Positions 58,450 through 64,000 of a stretch of DNA of 64,000 nucleotides are shown in pieces. The position numbers were made by a program, and so were the translations under genes. The notes under the pieces are model-generated. The model did not search any database. It had not been told where the DNA came from and worked only from the letters and a program-made list of their open reading frames with translations. Position 1 is the first letter of the stretch. Each line of letters opens with the position of its first letter. The stretch is from Alkalispirochaeta sp. (GTDB taxonomy: Bacteria; Spirochaetota; Spirochaetia; DSM-27196; Alkalispirochaetaceae), in NCBI GenBank assembly GCA_965242725.1, contig CBDESZ010000003.1:64001-128000 (forward strand). The letters are read 5' to 3'.

Positions 58450-60570
58450 GTGAATACCTCTCGCGTCCCCACGCGGCTTATCGCCGCAGTCAACTTTGTC
58501 CTTGTGATTGGAATACTCGTCCTCATCAATCTTGTTGCGGGCAACGCATATCGAAAGTTCGACTTAACCAGAAACGACGCCTACAGTCTCTCACGGGTCA
58601 GCGAAGAAACGCTTGCACGCCTGGAGGACCCGCTGCGCGTCTACGTCCTCTTCAGCAACGACCTCCCCGCGCCCTACAACGGTGTCCGTCAATACCTGAC
58701 AGACCTGCTTCGGGAGTATCGCGCCGCCGGTGGCGACACATTCACCTGGGAAGCGATCGACGTATCCACTCCTGAAGGACGGCAACAGGCGCAGCAGTAC
58801 GGCCTGCAGCAGATAGAAATCCAGGAGGTGCGGTCGGACCAGTTTCAGTCCCGGGCGGTCTATATGGGTGCGGTCATCCTCTACGGCAATGTGGTGGAAC
58901 GGGTGGATCGCCTCACCACCACCGACGGACTTGAGTACCGCCTTACCGCGGCGATGTCTTCGGCGATTGAACAGGTAGACGCCCTCGCCGGTACGACGGA
59001 ACCGGTTGTCATGGACGTCTTTGCCTCGCCCGCTCTGGAAGAACTGGGCATACAGGGATTCCGGGAGCTCAACGCACAGCTCGCGGCGATTCACGAGCGG
59101 ATCAACAGGGACAACTACGGCAAGATCGAGTATTCCTTCAATCGGCCGGCGACGGCGGCGGAAATCCGGGACGCGGCGGAACGATTCGGCGTCCGTCCCC
59201 TCCGCTGGGAGGCAAACGACGGTACCGTCAGGGAAGGGCTTCTTGAAGTCGTCCTCCATACGGGGGATCAGGTAAAACGGATTCCCCTTGAAATATATTC
59301 CCAGCTCTTCGGTGGATATACCCTCGACGATCCAGCCAATATAGAGGAATCGATCCGACAGGGTCTGCGGGGCCTCGTCTCGCCCAATCCACGAATCGCC
59401 TACGCCGTCGGCCACGGGGAAAAAGCGCTGCAGGACCAGCGTCAGGGCGCCGCCCCTCTGGCCGCCCTCGCGGGTGAGCGATATGAACTTCTTCCCGTCT
59501 CGCTCGATAAGAATGACATCCCCGCGGACATCGATACTCTGATCGTGAACGGTCCCTCCGTACCGTACAGCGAGGAAGCGCTCTATCGGATCGATCAGTT
59601 TGTCATGAACGGCGGCTCCGTCTTTTTTCTCGTCGACCGATATCGGCAGGTGATTCCCACGCAGCAGCAGCAAATGATGGGCGTTCAACCCGGATGGGAA
59701 GAGAACGAAACAGGTGTGGAGGCCCTTCTGGAATCGTACGGCGTCACCGTCACGGGAGCGTTTGTCCTCGATGAGGAAAGCTACACGGCCCGTCAGGGCG
59801 GCCAGTCCCTCACACTCTTCCAGGCACCGGTACTCAGCGGAGATAGTCTCAACGACGATGCAGCGGTTACCGCGGGGCTGCAGGACGTGATCGTTCTCAA
59901 TACGACGGAACTCCTGCCGTCACGGGACCTTTCCGAGGATCGGGCTTCCGGTGGAGGTGAGCCGGTTTACACATTCCTTTTGCGTACCTCACCGCAGAGC
60001 TGGACCGTCCAGACCCCCGAGGATGTGGGGCCGTGGATAGAGGGAGCACCGCCGTCGGCGGATCTGGGTCGTCGCGACGTTGCCGTTTTGCTGAACGGAA
60101 CGTTGACGAGTCACTTCGACGGTCCCCTGGATGTCGGTGGTGATCCCGGCGATCCCGGAAATCCCGGGCCGGAGCGTTTTGCCGAAAAGTCCACCGGCGA
60201 CGGGGAAATTATCGTCGTCTCGTCATCGGCGTTGACGACGGCGCAGATGCTGGATCCGCAAAACCGCACACCCAACGGTACTTTTGTGCTCAACGTTCTC
60301 GACTACCTCAGCGGGGCGTCCGGCATTGCGGAGCTTCGCAGCAAGGGATTGGGCGTGCCACGGATCACGGTGGAGCATCCCGCCGCGGTCGCGGCGGCCC
60401 GATGGGGAAATGTAATTCTGGTTCCTCTCTTTGTCGTCGCCGTCGGTCTCTTTGTATGGTATCGACGGCGAATACGACGCGCCCGGATTGCCGCGACGTT
60501 CGGTGCGCCGTTGCCCGCCGGTCAGGCGACCGTTACGGACGAAAACCACGGGGAGGAAAAATATGACTGA
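58450..60570 (+). CDS. GldG-like ABC auxiliary component
   Basis: 'DLTRNDAYSLS', 'LEYRLT', 'GHGE', 'IDQFVMNGG', 'N.LDYL', 'LRSK', C-terminal TM. Confidence 0.82.
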   Translation: MNTSRVPTRLIAAVNFVLVIGILVLINLVAGNAYRKFDLTRNDAYSLSRVSEETLARLEDPLRVYVLFSNDLPAPYNGVRQYLTDLLREYRAAGGDTFTWEAIDVSTPEGRQQAQQYGLQQIEIQEVRSDQFQSRAVYMGAVILYGNVVERVDRLTTTDGLEYRLTAAMSSAIEQVDALAGTTEPVVMDVFASPALEELGIQGFRELNAQLAAIHERINRDNYGKIEYSFNRPATAAEIRDAAERFGVRPLRWEANDGTVREGLLEVVLHTGDQVKRIPLEIYSQLFGGYTLDDPANIEESIRQGLRGLVSPNPRIAYAVGHGEKALQDQRQGAAPLAALAGERYELLPVSLDKNDIPADIDTLIVNGPSVPYSEEALYRIDQFVMNGGSVFFLVDRYRQVIPTQQQQMMGVQPGWEENETGVEALLESYGVTVTGAFVLDEESYTARQGGQSLTLFQAPVLSGDSLNDDAAVTAGLQDVIVLNTTELLPSRDLSEDRASGGGEPVYTFLLRTSPQSWTVQTPEDVGPWIEGAPPSADLGRRDVAVLLNGTLTSHFDGPLDVGGDPGDPGNPGPERFAEKSTGDGEIIVVSSSALTTAQMLDPQNRTPNGTFVLNVLDYLSGASGIAELRSKGLGVPRITVEHPAAVAAARWGNVILVPLFVVAVGLFVWYRRRIRRARIAATFGAPLPAGQATVTDENHGEEKYD

Positions 60571-61594
60571 CGAGCAGAGGTTTCCGAAAATTCCAGTCCG
60601 AACATTCATATACGCCGCGATCGTGATTATCCTCGCAGCGATTTTTGTCATTCAGGAAACAACTGAAACTCGGGGTACCACAATGCCGGTACCGGAGTTC
60701 GATGCGGGCGCCGTCGATCAGGTTCGGATTGAGGGAGCCGGGGAAAGCCTCATATTCTCCCGCTCCGGTGATTCCACCGATTCTACTAAAAAGACCGGCC
60801 CGTGGACGATGGGTGAGGAATCCTATCCCGTCGCGGAGGGTCGGATCGACGAGGTCCTGAAAGAGATCGGGTCGATTAAACGGGCGGACGTGGTTACCGG
60901 AAGAGGGAACGCCGGGGATTACGGCCTCGACGAGGCAGGTCTCATGACGGTCCGCATCTTTACCGGGAATATCGAACCGGTGTCGATTCAGCTTGGCGAT
61001 ACCGCGGCGAGCGGAAACGCAGTCTACGGCCGCATCAATGGCGCACGGGAAATCGTCCTCCTTCCGCGCTCCCTGGAGACCGCCGTATCTACCGACCCGC
61101 TTCGTTTTCGCGAGCGGACTATGGCGGAAATTTCCGCCGACGACATTGTACAGGCGGAGGTAACCGTCGGGCGGAATCCACCTGTTGTCGTACAACGGGC
61201 GATCGAAGAAGACGGGACGTCTGAACAGACGCCTGACTCGCCGTCGGTAGCGGACGCCTTCAGTGAGACGGCGTGGCGCGCCGTCGACCCGGTCACGGGC
61301 GAAGCGGTCTCGGCGGAGCGACTCAATGCCTTTGTCAGAGAACTGGCAAGCCTGGAAGCGTCGACCTTTCCGGAGTATCTCCCCACGGACGGCGACCGGT
61401 CGCCGTGGACGGGGGATCCCGCATCGAAGGTTGCGGTGGAGACGATTCTCGGTGAGACGGTGGAGTTGCAGATGTGGGAGTCTGCGGAGGAAGAGCGGGT
61501 TCCCGCCCGTATCACCACTTCTCCCTATGATTTTTACATTCCCCGATGGCGGGCGGAGCGTCTTCTCCTTGGCCTGACATCCGGCGAGGAGTAA
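60563..61594 (+). CDS. DUF4340-like membrane-anchored protein
   Basis: N-terminal TM, 'DYGLD', 'LGD.A', 'FRERT'. Typical fourth gene of GldAFG-like operons. Confidence 0.65.
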   Translation: MTDEQRFPKIPVRTFIYAAIVIILAAIFVIQETTETRGTTMPVPEFDAGAVDQVRIEGAGESLIFSRSGDSTDSTKKTGPWTMGEESYPVAEGRIDEVLKEIGSIKRADVVTGRGNAGDYGLDEAGLMTVRIFTGNIEPVSIQLGDTAASGNAVYGRINGAREIVLLPRSLETAVSTDPLRFRERTMAEISADDIVQAEVTVGRNPPVVVQRAIEEDGTSEQTPDSPSVADAFSETAWRAVDPVTGEAVSAERLNAFVRELASLEASTFPEYLPTDGDRSPWTGDPASKVAVETILGETVELQMWESAEEERVPARITTSPYDFYIPRWRAERLLLGLTSGEE

Positions 61595-61632
61595 CGACCG
61601 CTTCCGGCTGCGCCGGTTCCACTATACTTCGC

Positions 61633-62997
61633 CTATGAGTGTGTCACTGCCACCCGTTCGGCCAGGGCTTTCGCCCGCTTCGTACCCTCCCGCAGGACCT
61701 CTTCTTCACCGGGGACGCGGCGGCCTCGCATCAGTATTTCGCCCCCGCAGATGACGGTGTCCACCATCGTGCCGTTGGCGGCATAGACGAGATTGCTTTC
61801 TATGTTGTGGACCGGCGTCATTTGCGGGTGGTCCAGGGATACGAGAATCATATCGGCGGGACCGCCTTCCTGAATCGCACCATCCACTCCCCACCTTTGA
61901 AACACGTTGCTGTAAACTCCGGTCGCAAGCTCAAGGGCTTCGTGAGCGTTGAGGCGGGTCGCGTCGTTGGAATATGCCTTCTGGAGGAGCGCCGCAAGTT
62001 TCATTTCATCAATCATGTCGAGGCTGTTATTTGATGCGACACCGTCAGGAGCGAGCATGACCGGAATATTCTCTTCTCTGATCGCCTTCCAGTCAAAGAC
62101 TCCGGAGGCAAGTTTCATGTTGCTCCCGGGGTTGTGCGCCAGCGTGACGCCGTATGCTTTCGCGATCTTCCGTTCCGTTTCATCCATCCAGATGCCGTGT
62201 GCGGCGATTGCGTGTCCGGCGACGCGGTTCAATACGCCGATGCGTTCGAGCCACTGCCATGGCCTCACGCCGTTCTCTCTCAGACACTCCGATACTTCCT
62301 GCTCCGTTTCGGACATATGAATATGAAAGACCAGCCCCATCTCTTCCGCCCGTTCCGCGCTCCAGCGCAGGAGGTCGGGACTGCAGGTGTAAATGCTGTG
62401 GGGGGCGATGGTCGGGAATACACGTTCATTCCGATCTTCCGAACCGTTATAATCCGCGAGCAGTTTGTCCACGGAATTCTGCATCATCCGGCGCCGTTCA
62501 GTGTCGTGAAAATCAAAGAGGGCGAGTCCCACGGCGGCACGAATACCGGCATCCCGGAACGCGGCATATCCCCTGGGATAGAAGAAGTACATGTCGTTGG
62601 CAAACGTCGTTCCGCTCTTGACCATTTCGAGCGCCGCAAGACGTGTGCCCCAGTAAATATCTTCTTCCGTGAGGGACGCCTCGGCGGGCCAGATGCGCGT
62701 TTCCAGCCACTCCTGAAGACGCATGTCGTCGCCGTAGCCCCGCAACAGCGTCATCGCGGCGTGGGTATGGCTGTTCTTCAATCCTCCCAGCGCACAGAGG
62801 TTTCTTCCGTCTATTGACGTGAGATCACCATTACCGGTGGATCTGTCGTTCCGGCCGACCGGCGTGTCCCTGTTCGATTGTCCGTCAGCAGTCGGGGTGA
62901 TTTTCGCTATCATTCCACCACGAATTTCAACCGTTTGATCGATACGAACACCGTCTGCAGTTATCACATAGGGGAGGTCCGTTATCCGAATGGTCAT
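61633..62997 (-). CDS. Amidohydrolase, MtaD/DadD-like (MTA/SAH/5'-deoxyadenosine deaminase)
   Basis: 'NSHTHAAMTLLRGYGDD', 'WL...IWPAE', 'EMVKSGTT..NDMY', 'APHSIYT', 'HIHMSET', 'HNPGSNMKLASG', 'DG.ASNN.LDM'. Confidence 0.82.
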   Translation of the reverse strand: MTIRITDLPYVITADGVRIDQTVEIRGGMIAKITPTADGQSNRDTPVGRNDRSTGNGDLTSIDGRNLCALGGLKNSHTHAAMTLLRGYGDDMRLQEWLETRIWPAEASLTEEDIYWGTRLAALEMVKSGTTFANDMYFFYPRGYAAFRDAGIRAAVGLALFDFHDTERRRMMQNSVDKLLADYNGSEDRNERVFPTIAPHSIYTCSPDLLRWSAERAEEMGLVFHIHMSETEQEVSECLRENGVRPWQWLERIGVLNRVAGHAIAAHGIWMDETERKIAKAYGVTLAHNPGSNMKLASGVFDWKAIREENIPVMLAPDGVASNNSLDMIDEMKLAALLQKAYSNDATRLNAHEALELATGVYSNVFQRWGVDGAIQEGGPADMILVSLDHPQMTPVHNIESNLVYAANGTMVDTVICGGEILMRGRRVPGEEEVLREGTKRAKALAERVAVTHS

Positions 62998-63040
62998 GCT
63001 TGATTGTACCATCCCCTTTTTCGCGATACCATACGGCGTT

Positions 63041-64000
63041 ATGGCAAAGAATATTACCGTTCTCGGGACCGGATATGTCGGTCTCGTCAGTTCCGTGGGA
63101 CTTGCCGATTTCGGGAACAGCGTTACCGGCGTGGATCTCCGTGAAGACATAGTCGCCTCCCTCAATGAGGGTCGACCGACGATTTTCGAAATCGGACTGG
63201 AGGAGTATCTCCAGCGTAACCTGGAATCGGGGCGTCTCTCCTTCACCACAGACGGAGATACTGCAATAGAAAATGCGGAAATTGTATTCTTTGCAGTCGG
63301 GACTCCGCCGAAAGAAGACGGTCATGCCGATCTTTCCCAGATCGAAGAAGCGGCGCGACAGGTAGCCCGCCATCTCAACGGCTACAAGGTTGTGGTGACC
63401 AAGAGCACGGTGCCGGTGGGAACCAACAGACGCATACAGGAACTCATCGCCGAGACGTCGGGGAAATCTCCGGGACGGGACTTCTCTGTCGTCAGCAATC
63501 CCGAGTTCCTGCGGGAAGGCCGGGCGGTACAGGATTTTTTCCATCCCGATCGGGTGGTACTCGGATGTGAGGACGAGCGCGCGGGTGAGTATATGGAAGA
63601 CGTTTATCGCGCCCTGTATCTCATCGAGACCCCGTTTGTACGATGCAATCTTGAAACGGCGGAACTCATCAAGTACGCATCAAACGCATTCCTGGCAACC
63701 AAGATTACCTTCATCAATCAAATGGCCAACCTGGCGGAAGCGACGGGAGCGGATATCCACACAATCGCCCGAAGCATGGGAATGGACGGACGGATAAGTC
63801 CGAAGTTTCTCCATCCCGGTCCGGGGTACGGCGGAAGCTGTTTTCCCAAAGACACCAAAGCCGTTGCCGCAACGGGCGACGAATACGGTGTCGACATGAG
63901 CCTCATCAAGGAGGTCGTCCGGGCCAATGCACGACAGAAGACGATTACCGCCCGAAAGCTCATCACCCTCATGGGCGGAAACGTTTCAGGCAAGACGGTG
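63041..64000 (+). CDS. ugd: UDP-glucose 6-dehydrogenase, 3'-truncated (not in the supplied ORF track)
   Basis: Manual translation: MAKNITVLGTGYVGLV..., 'AVGTP', 'KSTVPVGT', 'SNPEFLREG', 'PDRVV', 'KYASNAFLATKI', 'GYGGSCFPKD'. Confidence 0.93.
   Translation, partial: MAKNITVLGTGYVGLVSSVGLADFGNSVTGVDLREDIVASLNEGRPTIFEIGLEEYLQRNLESGRLSFTTDGDTAIENAEIVFFAVGTPPKEDGHADLSQIEEAARQVARHLNGYKVVVTKSTVPVGTNRRIQELIAETSGKSPGRDFSVVSNPEFLREGRAVQDFFHPDRVVLGCEDERAGEYMEDVYRALYLIETPFVRCNLETAELIKYASNAFLATKITFINQMANLAEATGADIHTIARSMGMDGRISPKFLHPGPGYGGSCFPKDTKAVAATGDEYGVDMSLIKEVVRANARQKTITARKLITLMGGNVSGKTV

Noticed and set aside
56757..60570. Gliding motility or type IX secretion genes
   Set aside because: No gldK/L/M/N or spr genes in the window. 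GldAFG-like modules occur widely without gliding.
62998..63249. N-terminal extension of the 538-aa amidohydrolase ORF (similarly the extensions of 47055-48086 and 37560-38588)
   Set aside because: The extensions overlap ugd, repeat DNA or the neighbouring gene. Downstream starts fit the family N-termini and promoter positions better.

Overview
GC-rich bacterial DNA, probably from a free-living Spirochaetota member. That call is inference, based on the 'VFATGAAE'-type binding-protein N-terminus, a BMP nucleoside lipoprotein and a DUF6675-like protein. The main feature is a ~33-36 kb surface-glycan locus (about 7.4-43.9 kb). It has its own sulfate supply (SLC13/TrkA-C permease, cysD, fused cysNC, cysQ; no APS/PAPS reductase in the window) and four sulfotransferases, one of them fused to a GT-B-like domain. 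It also encodes uronic-acid precursor enzymes (UDP-GlcA 4-epimerase, wecB/wecC, and ugd at the window end), a heparinase II/III-like protein, a deacetylase-formyltransferase pair, a priming phosphoglycosyltransferase, an ABC flippase, three Wzi-like proteins and a GH123-like hydrolase fusion. Together these suggest a sulfated, uronic-acid-rich, glycosaminoglycan-like glycan. Flanking modules are a LolA-like/LolD-like cassette, Wzz, a polar amino-acid ABC transporter, a divergent RHH/RelE-like pair next to a tandem-repeat array, and a minimal MlaEFD with a long beta-barrel-tipped MlaD. Further right are a purine-nucleoside ABC transporter with PNP and an HxExK-type AhcY, an MtaD-like deaminase and a GldAFG/DUF4340 module. 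Five genes carry six or seven single-base frameshifts in short homopolymers, most likely assembly errors. I saw no tRNA, rRNA, CRISPR array or transposase. All functional calls come from reading motifs by eye, with no database searches.
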